Below, one piece after another: positions 1-10,604 of a DNA stretch of 64,000 bases. A program made the position numbers and the translations under genes. The stretch spans positions 1 through 64,000 of the forward strand of contig JAHQWW010000002.1 of NCBI GenBank assembly GCA_029856365.1. The letters run 5' to 3'. The stretch comes from Candidatus Hodarchaeota archaeon. Lineage in GTDB: Archaea; Asgardarchaeota; Heimdallarchaeia; Hodarchaeales; Hodarchaeaceae. Each line of letters starts with the position of its first letter. The stretch's first letter is position 1. The notes under the pieces were generated by a model. The model ran no database searches. It saw nothing but the letters and a program-made list of their open reading frames with translations, and had not been told where the DNA came from.

Positions 1-717
1 CTCAGTGAATTCAACATCTTCTCCGTTCAGAAATCGTGAAAAAAAGTCAAGATACTTGGGTACATCTTCTTCCATCAGGATATCTAACTCGATGTACGAT
101 TTACCAATCATTTCTTCAACAGGGATTAAGAAAATTTTTGAGGCTGCTTTATTGCAATCCTGAATGATACCATCCAACCCAATTATGGTAATAGCATCTG
201 GAGATTCATCGAATAATATTTTATATTTCTCCTCACTCTCCCGTAACGCCTGTTCTACCTGTTTTCGTTCACTAATATCACGTATGATCGCGAGATCAGC
301 TGGTTTTCCCTGGTAAGTGATAATAGCAGCATTAACTTCAACTTCTAATACCCTATTGTGTTTCAGCAATATTTTTGTTTCATATATTGATGGTACACTT
401 TGACCAGTCACACGTTGTTCATAACGATTCAGAACGTCCGAACGAAAATCAGTATGAATATAATCTATGATTGGAGTGTCATATAGTTCATCAGCAGTAT
501 AACCAGTCATTTTAGCTAAACTTGGATTAACATACTTTATTAATGAGTCCTGAACTAAAGCAATGCCATCGTTTGCTCTTTCAACTAGATTCCGATACTT
601 TTCCTCTGATTCTCTCAAATCTAATTCAATCTGTCTAATACTGCTAATTTTTCTCTGAATTGTTTCTTTCACATCTCTAGGAATATCCAGCTTATTGAGC
701 AGTTCCTCAAATTCCAT
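1..717 (-). CDS. Multi-PAS sensor protein (likely histidine-kinase type), runs off the window edge; absent from ORF track
   Basis: Manual translation from ATG at 717: MEFEELLNKLDIPRDVKETIQRKI...ESEEKYRNLVERANDGIALVQDSLIKYVNPSLAKMTGY...IIRDISERKQVEQALRESEEKYKILFDESPDAITIIGLDG. The frame is open to position 1 and shows two PAS repeats. Confidence 0.93.
   Translation of the reverse strand, partial: MEFEELLNKLDIPRDVKETIQRKISSIRQIELDLRESEEKYRNLVERANDGIALVQDSLIKYVNPSLAKMTGYTADELYDTPIIDYIHTDFRSDVLNRYEQRVTGQSVPSIYETKILLKHNRVLEVEVNAAIITYQGKPADLAIIRDISERKQVEQALRESEEKYKILFDESPDAITIIGLDGIIQDCNKAASKIFLIPVEEMIGKSYIELDILMEEDVPKYLDFFSRFLNGEDVEFTE
327..407. repeat. Near-identical block shared with 4385-4465 (PAS module copy)
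   Basis: Manual alignment gives 78/81 identical nt. A second block, 515-557 vs 4573-4615, is 42/43 identical. Confidence 0.9.
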
Positions 718-950
718 TAAAATCCACTGCCATCTGTAGTTTTTCTTACTGAATTGTATAAACCTGAATCAATTCAGAGATTTAAGTTTACTCAAATGAT
801 TCCTTATTTTTTTGCATGATCAGAGAAAAATCCAAGCTAGAATCCTTTCTTTTCCATTAACTAAAGAATTCCTGAAGTTCATGTTAAATGAAGACACATT
901 TGATTTTGAAATGAAAAAATCCTTGAATATTATTGCTGTTGTTATCGAAT

Positions 951-3900
951 TTATTCCTTGTCATTTGAACCTTCGATTAATTTAAGCGGGAAGAGAAGAT
1001 GAAACTCATTTCCTTTGGGATCTTGGGGGTGAATTTCAAGCGATCCGCCATAATATTGCATGATGACAGAAGCAAGAGCAATCCCAATATTATGTCCGAT
1101 AATTTCCCATTCATCCGTAATTGTCCCTGACAGTTTTGTAACTATTTCTTGAGGTAATGCTTCAGAACAACAATCACTAATGAGAACACAGAAGAAAGAA
1201 GAGAGAAGGGATCCCTTAATATCGATACTTGTTCTGATATTTTCAGAATCATGATAGAAACTCAAAATAAAGAATAATATCTCGTTAAAAACATCTTTAA
1301 GGTGTACATCAGTAAATAATGACACACTAAGGCTACTTTTGTAAATATTGATAAGTTTGGAAAAATTCGATAATTCAGAGACAAGCTCATTGATAATATC
1401 AAAAAGAGATTGACTTTCTTTTGGTTGAATAAATGGGGACTGAAGAACCTCATAAATCTTATTTACTGTGTCAATGGTTTTGGATGAACCAGATGCGATA
1501 TCAATAACATTATTTACTATGTGGCGATCAAGCTCTAGTTGAGATTCATACATTAAGGAAAGTAATTCTAAGTTATTGATGATCTTTTGCATATCATTAT
1601 TAATGAAATGAGACATCATGGCATGGTAGCGTTCTTCTTCAAGTTTTACTTGCCGAAGTGCCTGTTCCGCTTGTTTGCGTTCAGTAATATCACGGACGAT
1701 CCCTTGAATTACTTTTTTCCCTCTAATGTCGAAAAGACTTGATGACACCTCAGCAGGAAAGACCTCTCCATTTTTTTTCCTGAAATCGATCTCAAAGCTC
1801 ACAAATCCCTCTTTTGAGATTGTTTTAAAAGCCATTTTCGATGTTTCAATTGATTCAGGAGGGTGAAGGGCTGGAATTGAAATTAAAAGTAACTCTGATT
1901 TAGTGTACCCAAAAAGTTCCAATGTTTTCTCATTAACATCAATGATGTTACCTTCTAAGTCATGTAAGAAAATCGCATCATTTGAAAAGTGGAAAAGGTT
2001 GCTATACTTCTCCTCACTTTGCTGCAACTCCTCCTCTACCCGCTTGCGTTCTGTGATATCAGTAGATAGTACAAGAACTCCTTGGTAACCTCCAGTGCTT
2101 GAAAAAATTGGTGCTGCTGAAACAATAACTGGTATTAGTGTCCCATCTTTTGCTAGGACATTGCTTTCATAAGTACTACTCACCCCTTTACGCCGTTTTG
2201 CAGTCTCCTTATATGATTGATCCAGATCATTTTCAGGAACTATAAAACTCCAATGCTTACCCAATAGTTCGTCTTTAGTATAACCTAATGTTTCTAATGT
2301 TTTGGGATTAGCAAAGGTAATAAATCCATCCGGGTCTTCTACCGTAAGGCCCTCTTCTAGCTTTTCAACGAGGTTCTGAAATCTCTCTCTTTCCTCATTC
2401 AAAGCTTTCTCCATCTCAGCACGTTCTGTAACATCCCGAACAATGCCTCGGAACCCAGTAATTTCATCTTCAGAATTACGTATTGGAGAAATAGACGCTT
2501 CACTGACTCCCCTTGTCCCATCTTTTTTGATGAATCCAAAATCAAAAATCCTAGCAGGTTCTCCTGTTCGATAGACAGTATTATAGGTTTGAAACACCAT
2601 CTTAGCAGTCTCCTCATCCATATACTGACGGTAATTCATACCTAGCAATTCAAAGTTCGCATAACCTAAATTTTTACAGAGTGAATCATTGAAGAAAGTT
2701 AAATTCCCTGCAAGATCCACCTCATAATATCCTTCCTCGACTGTGTCTAAGATTGTACGATATTTCTCAGCGGTCTCATGTAATTGCTTCTCAACTAGCT
2801 TACGTTCAGTAATATCTGTAAACACAGTCAGGACCCCATCGAATTCTCCACTGGGAGAGATAACAGGAGCCGCTGTAACAATTACGGGGACATGACGTCC
2901 ATCTTTTGTTAGAGTACAAACTTCGTAAGTACTACTAACTCCTTTGGGGCGTTTTGCAGTCTCAACTTTCACTTGATCAATATATTCCTTTGGTACTATG
3001 TAACTCCAATGTTTTCCTATTAGTTCATCTTCAGTATAGCCCAATAATTCGGCTATTCTAGGATTTACAAAGGTAAACACTCCTCGAGCGTCCTCTAAGG
3101 CAACTCCTTCCTGCAACTTTTCCACAAGCATCTGATATTTATCTTTGGACTTCTTTAACTCCATCTCTGCTTGTTTACGTTCAGTAATGTCGATTAGAGT
3201 AATTAAAACTGCTGTTTTGCCTAAAAAAGATATGGCTTTTGAAAAATTATCAACCCATTTTAACTGCCCATTTTTTGTTATTAATTTATAAGAATAATTG
3301 GTTACAACATCTTTTTCTCCTAATTGTTTCTTTCGTCCCTGTTCCGTCACAAAAGGCCTATCATCAGGATGTACTACTTTTGCAGATTCTCCTGGTTCCC
3401 AGTTAAGTATTTCATCTATTGAATATTCAAAAATTTCTGCTAATGACTGATTTGCGTATTTTATTACATCATCTTGGAGAATACATACTCCCATCATAGT
3501 TCGCTCTGATATTACCCTAAACTTATATTCGCTTTCTTTTAGTGCTTCCTCTGTTTTCTTACGCTCAGAAATATCTCTTACTATAATAATGAAAGCAAAT
3601 GGATCTCCATTTATATCAGTGATTAATGCTGCACTCAATTCTGCAGGATAACTAATTCCATCTAACCTTATTAACTTATATTCGTAGTTTGAGATCACTC
3701 CATCTTGCAAGGTCTTTTGAATATTTTCAATTGCAAGGTTTCGATCTTCTGGTGCAATTAATTCAATTGCATTTTTCCCAATCAATTCTTCAGCGATAAC
3801 TGCACCACTCAATTTAATAGCTTGCTGATTAACTGCAATAATATTGAAATTTAGATCAATCAGAGTGATAGCATCAGGAGAAAGCTCAATTAACCTCCGA

Positions 3901-5150
3901 TATCGTGCTTCACTCTCTCGCAGTGCTTGTTCCACCTCTTGACGCTCGGTTATGTCTCTGATAATCCCCCGGAATCCAGTGGGTGCACCTTCAGAATCAG
4001 TTATTAAAGAAACTGACGCCTCATTAACCCTTCTAGATCCATCCTTTCTAATAATCTCATAAGCGAAGATTTTCGTGGGTTCCCCTGTTTGAAATACCTT
4101 GTTAAAGTTCTTATATACCATTTTGGCAGTTTCTTCATTTGTATACTCTCGGTTATTCATACCCATCAATTCTTCCCTAGGGTACCCATGAATTTTGCAC
4201 ATAGCATCATTAAAGAATGTTAAATTCCCAGCAAGATCAACTTCATAATAACCATCTTCAATATTCTCTAGAATTGTCCTGTATTTCTCTTCACTCTCTT
4301 GTAATGCCTGTTCCGCTTGTTTACGCTCAGTAATGTCACGTATGATCGCGAAGTCTGCGGGTTTGCCCTGATAAGAGATAACACCAGCATTAACTTCAAC
4401 TTCTAATACCTTATTGTGTTTCAGCAATATTTTTGTTTCATATATTGGTGGAACACTTTGACCAGCCATACGTTGCTCGTAGCGATTTATGACTTCAGAA
4501 AGAACCTTAGGGTGAATATAGTTCAAAATTGGAGTATCAATAAGTTCCTGCGCTGTGTAACCAGTTAATTTGGCTAAACTTGGATTAATATACTTTATTA
4601 ATGAGTCCTGAACTATACCAATACCGTCGTTCGCTCGTTCAACCAAGGATCGATATTTTTCCTCTGATTCTTGTAAAGCAGTCATTGTTTGTTTATAATC
4701 AGTGATATTTCTAATAACAGTAACCACACGGGTGACCTTTCCCTCATCGACGATTGGTATCTTTCGTGTTTCAGTAATATATTCTTCATCCCCGATTGTA
4801 GTACAATCCTCGGTGACGATAGATTCACCCGTACTGAAAACATGCTTATATTCGCCAATTACATTCTTTGACAGGAAAGGAAATGCGTCAATAATTCTCT
4901 GACCTATTATATCTTCCTGGAGGCCCAATTCTTTGTTCCATTGTTTGAAAGCTTTGTTGAAAAGAATAAAACGTAGGTCTGGTCCAACAACATGTATTGC
5001 ATCGCCCATAGAATCAAGTGTTTGACGTAATTGCAGTCCAATTTCACGTTTCTCTTCTTCAATATCCTTCTGTTTTGTTAAATAGCTCTTGACAGCTTCT
5101 TTCACATCTGTAGGAACATCTGGCCTACCAAGGATTGTTTCTAATTGCAT
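951..5150 (-). CDS. Nine-PAS sensor protein with degenerate HisKA/HATPase C-terminus
   Basis: Nine repeats of the form EEKYRxLVE...N...R/TDITERK. H-box-like SHFINND; degenerate N, G1 and G2 boxes. Confidence 0.92.
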   Translation of the reverse strand: MQLETILGRPDVPTDVKEAVKSYLTKQKDIEEEKREIGLQLRQTLDSMGDAIHVVGPDLRFILFNKAFKQWNKELGLQEDIIGQRIIDAFPFLSKNVIGEYKHVFSTGESIVTEDCTTIGDEEYITETRKIPIVDEGKVTRVVTVIRNITDYKQTMTALQESEEKYRSLVERANDGIGIVQDSLIKYINPSLAKLTGYTAQELIDTPILNYIHPKVLSEVINRYEQRMAGQSVPPIYETKILLKHNKVLEVEVNAGVISYQGKPADFAIIRDITERKQAEQALQESEEKYRTILENIEDGYYEVDLAGNLTFFNDAMCKIHGYPREELMGMNNREYTNEETAKMVYKNFNKVFQTGEPTKIFAYEIIRKDGSRRVNEASVSLITDSEGAPTGFRGIIRDITERQEVEQALRESEARYRRLIELSPDAITLIDLNFNIIAVNQQAIKLSGAVIAEELIGKNAIELIAPEDRNLAIENIQKTLQDGVISNYEYKLIRLDGISYPAELSAALITDINGDPFAFIIIVRDISERKKTEEALKESEYKFRVISERTMMGVCILQDDVIKYANQSLAEIFEYSIDEILNWEPGESAKVVHPDDRPFVTEQGRKKQLGEKDVVTNYSYKLITKNGQLKWVDNFSKAISFLGKTAVLITLIDITERKQAEMELKKSKDKYQMLVEKLQEGVALEDARGVFTFVNPRIAELLGYTEDELIGKHWSYIVPKEYIDQVKVETAKRPKGVSSTYEVCTLTKDGRHVPVIVTAAPVISPSGEFDGVLTVFTDITERKLVEKQLHETAEKYRTILDTVEEGYYEVDLAGNLTFFNDSLCKNLGYANFELLGMNYRQYMDEETAKMVFQTYNTVYRTGEPARIFDFGFIKKDGTRGVSEASISPIRNSEDEITGFRGIVRDVTERAEMEKALNEERERFQNLVEKLEEGLTVEDPDGFITFANPKTLETLGYTKDELLGKHWSFIVPENDLDQSYKETAKRRKGVSSTYESNVLAKDGTLIPVIVSAAPIFSSTGGYQGVLVLSTDITERKRVEEELQQSEEKYSNLFHFSNDAIFLHDLEGNIIDVNEKTLELFGYTKSELLLISIPALHPPESIETSKMAFKTISKEGFVSFEIDFRKKNGEVFPAEVSSSLFDIRGKKVIQGIVRDITERKQAEQALRQVKLEEERYHAMMSHFINNDMQKIINNLELLSLMYESQLELDRHIVNNVIDIASGSSKTIDTVNKIYEVLQSPFIQPKESQSLFDIINELVSELSNFSKLINIYKSSLSVSLFTDVHLKDVFNEILFFILSFYHDSENIRTSIDIKGSLLSSFFCVLISDCCSEALPQEIVTKLSGTITDEWEIIGHNIGIALASVIMQYYGGSLEIHPQDPKGNEFHLLFPLKLIEGSNDKE

Positions 5151-5417
5151 TTCTACTCACTGAAAGTTGAGCTTTTCCGCATTTAGTATTTATTATATCA
5201 TGATTATTATATGGTTTTTCTATTAGAATTTTCTTTATCTTCAGCCAAAATTTGCATATCAAAGTTCAATAGTTCCCTAATCTTCAATCATTACTTTGAT
5301 ATTTCTAAACAAATTATTCTAACAACAGATAATTGTTGTATTATACCATAAAACTGAAATATTAAACTAAAAAGTTACATGTCTAATATAAAACATTTCA
5401 TAGGACTGTGAAGGAAG

Positions 5418-6635
5418 ATGACAAAAATCATTGTGTTAGGAGGAGCAGGAGCTGTTGGCAGAATAGCGGTTAGGACTCTTACTACTTTTCCAGATTTCTC
5501 TAAAGTGATCATTGGTGATATTAATATAAAAAAAGCTCACGAAATTGCCGAGGAAATTTGTTCAGACAAAGTTATATTTAGAGAAATCAACGTAAACAAC
5601 TTTAAAAGTCTTAACAAGCTAATTAAGTCTGTTGATGTCGTGCTAAATTGTATTGGCCCATTCTATAAATATGGTTCATTAGTTTTGAAGTCAGCAATAG
5701 AGATGGGAAGAAACTATGTAGATATCAACGACGATGTTGATGCAACAAAAAAAGTGCTAGAGATGGACAATGAAGCACAAAAATCAAATATCACAGCTTT
5801 AATTGGAATGGGAAGCTCGCCTGGCATCACTAATTTATTGGCAAAGTTTGCTGCTGATCAATTACTCGATGAAGTGGATTCAATCGACCTCTACCATGCA
5901 CATGGAGGGGAAACATACGAAGGTCCAGGAGTGATTTATCATCGAATTCATTCTATGAAAATTGAAATCCCAGTGTTTATTGATGGAAATTTTATCACTG
6001 TCAATTTCTTTGACGATGATGGAAAAGCACTAGAAGAAGAGGTTAATTTCCCAAAACTTGGAAAATATCGAGTTCATCCATATCCACATCCAGAAACTAT
6101 CACGCTACCACAGTATATCAAGGGTGTTCAACGAGTCACAAATAAAGGAACAGTTTTACCTCCGGAGTACTTCTATCTTATCACTGACCTAGTAAAACTT
6201 GGTTTAACAGATGACAAGCCAATAAATGTGAAAGGAAATATGATTTCTCCACTAGAATTTACTATTTCTTATATCATTAATCAAAGAGAGAGAATATTGA
6301 AAGAAACAAATTTCGGATCCCAAAGGGGATGTGTGAAAATTGTTGTAAAAGGGAAAAAAGATGGAAAAACTCATCAGTATGTATTTTCATTAGCGTCTGA
6401 AAGCCTAGCTATGGGGGAAGGAACAGGTATTCCTGCTGCAATCGGCGCTGTTCTTATGAATAGGGGATTAATCACAAAAAAGGGTGTTCATCCGCCAGAA
6501 GCGTGTGTAAATCCTTTAGACTTTCTTAATATTATGCAAGAGCACCTTAGGCTTGAGACAACCACTGGAGAGGGGTCACCCTTAACAATTGAATCAATCA
6601 ATGATGAAGGAAATATTGAAACAATTACTTTATAA
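5418..6635 (+). CDS. Saccharopine dehydrogenase-like NAD(P)-dependent oxidoreductase
   Basis: GGAGAVG Rossmann motif, NCIGPFY, YVDIND, GMGSSPG, HPE, TGIPAAIGA, GVHPPE. Confidence 0.85.
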   Translation: MTKIIVLGGAGAVGRIAVRTLTTFPDFSKVIIGDINIKKAHEIAEEICSDKVIFREINVNNFKSLNKLIKSVDVVLNCIGPFYKYGSLVLKSAIEMGRNYVDINDDVDATKKVLEMDNEAQKSNITALIGMGSSPGITNLLAKFAADQLLDEVDSIDLYHAHGGETYEGPGVIYHRIHSMKIEIPVFIDGNFITVNFFDDDGKALEEEVNFPKLGKYRVHPYPHPETITLPQYIKGVQRVTNKGTVLPPEYFYLITDLVKLGLTDDKPINVKGNMISPLEFTISYIINQRERILKETNFGSQRGCVKIVVKGKKDGKTHQYVFSLASESLAMGEGTGIPAAIGAVLMNRGLITKKGVHPPEACVNPLDFLNIMQEHLRLETTTGEGSPLTIESINDEGNIETITL

Positions 6636-8233
6636 TGAGTAAAAACGTGTTAGTGATGTCAAACCAAAAACAAGAAAAGAAATATGTATTGGCTTTTGAC
6701 CATGGGACATCAGGTGTTAAAGCTGCACTTTGTTCTGTGTACGGAAAGGTTTTAGATTTTGTTTTTGAAAGAACACCTTTATATCTAAGAGGAGACGGGG
6801 GAGCTGAACAAGATCCTAATGAATGGTGGGAAGCTGTTTTAAAAACTTCAAAACGCTTAATCGATAAGTCTCTTGTTCCTATTAATGATATCGTTGCTAT
6901 TTCTTGCTCAAGTCAATGGTCTGGTACAGTTCCTGTAGACGCTAATGGAAACCATTTGATGAATGCGATTATCTGGATGGATTCGCGTGGAGCACCATAT
7001 CTCAGGAAAACTTTAGGCGGTTTCCCAAAAATTTCGGGTTATCCTTTGAAGGACATTATTCGGTTTATCTATAAAACAGGGGGAGCTCCAGGTTTATCAG
7101 GGAAAGATCCGATTTCACATATATTGTATTTAAAGTATGAATGTCCTGAGATTTATGAAAGAACCTTCAAATTTCTTGACTGCATTGATTTTTTAAACTT
7201 AAAATTCACAGGGAAATTCGCTGCTTCTACTGGTTCAATTACTCTTCATTGGGTGACCAATACTCGTGATATTAATAATATACATTATGATGAAACTCTG
7301 ATAAAGCGTCTCAAAATTGAGAAAGAAAAACTTCCTGACTTGAAAGGGCAAACTGATATTTTAGGAAATGTTACACCAAAAATTGCTGATGAATTAGGTA
7401 TTAATCGAGATGTAAAAGTATCAATGGGAGCTCCTGATCTTCTATCTGCAATAGTAGGTTCTGGAGCTGTTGAAGACTACCAAGGGCATATCTATATTGG
7501 AACCAGCTCCTGGGTAATTTGCCATGTTCCCTTCAAAAAAACAGATATCTCTCACAATATGGCTTCCATTCCCGCTGCTATTCCAGAGAAGTATTTTGTT
7601 GTTAATGAACAGGAAACTGCAGGGGCCTGTTTAAATTTCTTACGTGATAACATTTTCTTCATTGATGATGAAAAGTACTTTGGGAATGCTAAAGTATACA
7701 AAATGTTTGATGAAATTGTTGAGAATGTTCCAGTGGGTAGCGGTAAAGTTATTTTCACTCCCTGGCTATATGGAGAACGAACGCCAATTGAAGACCATAC
7801 TGTTCGAGGTGGCTTCTTTAACCTCTCCTTAAAAACCAAGAAGGAACATATGATTAGATCAGTGTTTGAAGGAGTAGCTTATAACAATCGTTGGGTATTG
7901 AAGTACGTTGAGGCTTTTATAAAAAGAAAAATGGATCCACTGAATATAATTGGAGGGGGGGCTCAATCTAATGTGTGGTGTCAGATTTATGCGGATGTAC
8001 TGAATAGAACAATTCGACGTGTTAAGGATCCAATTCAAGCAAATGCTAGAGGAGCAGCTTTTATTGCTTCAGTTGCTTTAGGATACATCACTTTTGATGA
8101 TATTCCGAACCTCATTCAGTACTCAAGGATATTTCAACCTAATCCAAAGAATGTTAAAACTTATGATCGACTCTTTAAAGAATTTTTAACAATCTATAAG
8201 AGTAATAGAAAGATGTACAAACGATTGAACTAA
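6635..8233 (+). CDS. FGGY-family carbohydrate kinase (xylulokinase-like)
   Basis: DHGTSGVK, EQDPNEWW, WMDSRG, GTSSW, PWLYGERTP, EGVA, GGGAQS, ARGAA; TAATG overlap with the upstream gene. Confidence 0.9.
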   Translation: MSKNVLVMSNQKQEKKYVLAFDHGTSGVKAALCSVYGKVLDFVFERTPLYLRGDGGAEQDPNEWWEAVLKTSKRLIDKSLVPINDIVAISCSSQWSGTVPVDANGNHLMNAIIWMDSRGAPYLRKTLGGFPKISGYPLKDIIRFIYKTGGAPGLSGKDPISHILYLKYECPEIYERTFKFLDCIDFLNLKFTGKFAASTGSITLHWVTNTRDINNIHYDETLIKRLKIEKEKLPDLKGQTDILGNVTPKIADELGINRDVKVSMGAPDLLSAIVGSGAVEDYQGHIYIGTSSWVICHVPFKKTDISHNMASIPAAIPEKYFVVNEQETAGACLNFLRDNIFFIDDEKYFGNAKVYKMFDEIVENVPVGSGKVIFTPWLYGERTPIEDHTVRGGFFNLSLKTKKEHMIRSVFEGVAYNNRWVLKYVEAFIKRKMDPLNIIGGGAQSNVWCQIYADVLNRTIRRVKDPIQANARGAAFIASVALGYITFDDIPNLIQYSRIFQPNPKNVKTYDRLFKEFLTIYKSNRKMYKRLN

Positions 8234-8244
8234 ATATATTCTGA

Positions 8245-8952
8245 TTAATCTGGATTAACTATAGCTAACAGGGATTGAATTGCTTCATTAACCATTAAAG
8301 CAGCAAAGGCAAATAAAATGATAGCTGTCCCTCTCTGTACCCAAACAAAGAGTTTTGGGTTTGGTAAACGCCCTATAGCACCAAGTAAGGTCGTAAAAAA
8401 CAGTTGCCAAATTAACACCCCTGATAAAAACATGATAACAATCCCTAAACGAAAAAGGGGGTCGGGTACATTAAGATCACTAAACAAAATTAATGTTCCC
8501 ATAGATACCCACCAAAGATAAGACCATGGAGAAGTGACGACTATTGAAAACCCAGTTATATATTGTCTAGCTAATCGCAAATGATTTGGATGTAATAATT
8601 CTTTTTGAGTAATTGGCCGATCTTCTATGGGATTTGGTTTAGAAAAAAGAGCAGAAATACCCAAAAACCCTAAAATTAATATATTCACAGAAAAAAGTAA
8701 AAATGTGATAACTGGATTTGAAAAAATATCTGTTAATATTTCTCCCCCTAAAGTCAATGCTGAGAATGCAACAACAAAATCCCCTGTCATCGCACCTATC
8801 CCTGTTAATATAGCTAAACTCCAAGCAAGCTTTTCACTAACGGTTTTATTTAATGCCTGTTTGATTACCTCAGCATTTATTGGGCCAAGAGGAGCTGCTA
8901 ATGTGAATCCTAAAAACGCAACGAAAATCCATATTTCTAAAACACTGGCCAC
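8245..8952 (-). CDS. LysE-family exporter
   Basis: GFTLAAPLGPINA, GAMTGD, TSPWSYLWW; about six hydrophobic segments. Confidence 0.85.
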   Translation of the reverse strand: MASVLEIWIFVAFLGFTLAAPLGPINAEVIKQALNKTVSEKLAWSLAILTGIGAMTGDFVVAFSALTLGGEILTDIFSNPVITFLLFSVNILILGFLGISALFSKPNPIEDRPITQKELLHPNHLRLARQYITGFSIVVTSPWSYLWWVSMGTLILFSDLNVPDPLFRLGIVIMFLSGVLIWQLFFTTLLGAIGRLPNPKLFVWVQRGTAIILFAFAALMVNEAIQSLLAIVNPD

Positions 8953-9149
8953 TTCAGAATATACTCCTATTCTGTCTTATAAGGATCTAAAAGCATTTAT
9001 ACTTTCACTATACTCGATTTAAACTTGGTTTTTTTTGTCTTAACGAGTCTTTTGATTTGAACATTACCCTAGAAAATAAGAATTGAATAATATATTTGCT
9101 ATCTTATTCTTTGTACTATATCAAGTAACGAATAGTAGGTGCTATATGA

Positions 9150-10520
9150 ATGGTGGATGGTCCAAAAATTGTTATTATAGGCGCAGGTAGTGCTAGTTTT
9201 GGTTTAGAGAACCTTGGAGGGATTATGCAACACGAAACCCTAAAAGGATCCACATTAGCCCTTGTTGATATTAATGAAGCTAATTTAAGACTAGTTACTG
9301 CATTAGCACGTCGTATGAATAAAGAATGGGATTCAAAAATGGTAATCCATTCAACCACTGATCGAGAGAAGGTTTTATCTAATGCTGATTTTGTGATTCT
9401 CTCTGTTGCAGTAGATAGAGAAGAAACATGGATTAAAGATTATGAAATTGGAATTAAACATGGGATTTGGCATTATGCGGAAAACGGTGGACCTGGTAGC
9501 TTTGGACACACAGCAAGAGGGTTAGCTTTTATCATGCCAATTCTTTATGACATTCATGATCTAGCATCAGACTCTTGGATAATTAATTTTACTAATCCTG
9601 TCCCACGCATTCAGTATGCTGCGAATTATGCAGAAGTTAAATGTGTGAGCTATTGTCATCAAATTTGGCATGGTTATTCTATTGTTGGGCGAATATTAGC
9701 TGAAGATCTTGAAATTACTGAACATTTAGATTGGGTTTTCGAATGGAATGATGAGAACCTAGAAAAACAAGGCCTATTCACTATTAAAGCAGTACAAGAG
9801 TATGATATTCTTGCAGCTGGATTAAATCATTTCACTTGGATGAAAGATATTAGACGTCAAGAAACAGGTGAAGATCTATATCCATTGGTCAGACGAGAGG
9901 TTCTAAAGCTTCCTCCCAACTTTGAACCTCTCACTCAAGATGTATTTAGAACATTTGGGCTTCTTCCAATACCTGGGGACTGTCATTTATGCGAATACCT
10001 CCCTTATACAATGACAAAAGAAAATTGGTCACGCTATAACATTGCACTTTATGATTTTCAAAGAGGGAAGAAAAAAAGAGATCAAATGTGGCAACAAATT
10101 CAAGAAATGGCTAGCGGTAAACGATCTCTTGCATACTTAATACCTAATCCTTTCGATCGGGGTGAACACATCATTGCAGGGATATATTCTAATGCAAACT
10201 CATATGAACTGGCCTTAAACATTACTAATAATGGTGCTATTAGCAACCTACCTGATGATTCAATTGTTGAAGTTCCTGTAACCCTCAACAGAACAAATCC
10301 ATCAGGATTACGAATGGGAGCTTTACCTGAAGGGATAGCTGCATTATGTCAACGAGAAATATCAATTGCTAAACTAATCACTAAAGCATCCATTGAAGGA
10401 GACCGTGAAGTAGCTCTTCAGGCTTTTTCGTTAATGGTTGATGACCTTACACTAGCGGAAACATTGCTTGAGGAATACCTAAAAACCAATAAAAAGTATT
10501 TACCCCAATTTTTTCCCTAG
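9150..10520 (+). CDS. Family 4 glycoside hydrolase (NAD+/Mn2+-dependent alpha-galactosidase/glucosidase-like)
   Basis: KIVIIGAGS, ENGGPGS, NFTNP, YCH, GLNH, HLCEY, NNGAISNLPDDSIVEVP. Confidence 0.92.
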   Translation: MVDGPKIVIIGAGSASFGLENLGGIMQHETLKGSTLALVDINEANLRLVTALARRMNKEWDSKMVIHSTTDREKVLSNADFVILSVAVDREETWIKDYEIGIKHGIWHYAENGGPGSFGHTARGLAFIMPILYDIHDLASDSWIINFTNPVPRIQYAANYAEVKCVSYCHQIWHGYSIVGRILAEDLEITEHLDWVFEWNDENLEKQGLFTIKAVQEYDILAAGLNHFTWMKDIRRQETGEDLYPLVRREVLKLPPNFEPLTQDVFRTFGLLPIPGDCHLCEYLPYTMTKENWSRYNIALYDFQRGKKKRDQMWQQIQEMASGKRSLAYLIPNPFDRGEHIIAGIYSNANSYELALNITNNGAISNLPDDSIVEVPVTLNRTNPSGLRMGALPEGIAALCQREISIAKLITKASIEGDREVALQAFSLMVDDLTLAETLLEEYLKTNKKYLPQFFP

Positions 10521-10604
10521 TATTATGTTTTTACTTAGAAATCAAGGGAAATTACTTTTAACCTACATCCATTGGCGCTTTTCGTGACAATTTGAGGCTA
10601 GTAC

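Noticed and set aside
240-4672. PAS repeat pair as a diversity-generating retroelement TR/VR
   Set aside because: Differences are not adenine-specific, both copies are coding, and no reverse transcriptase is in the window.
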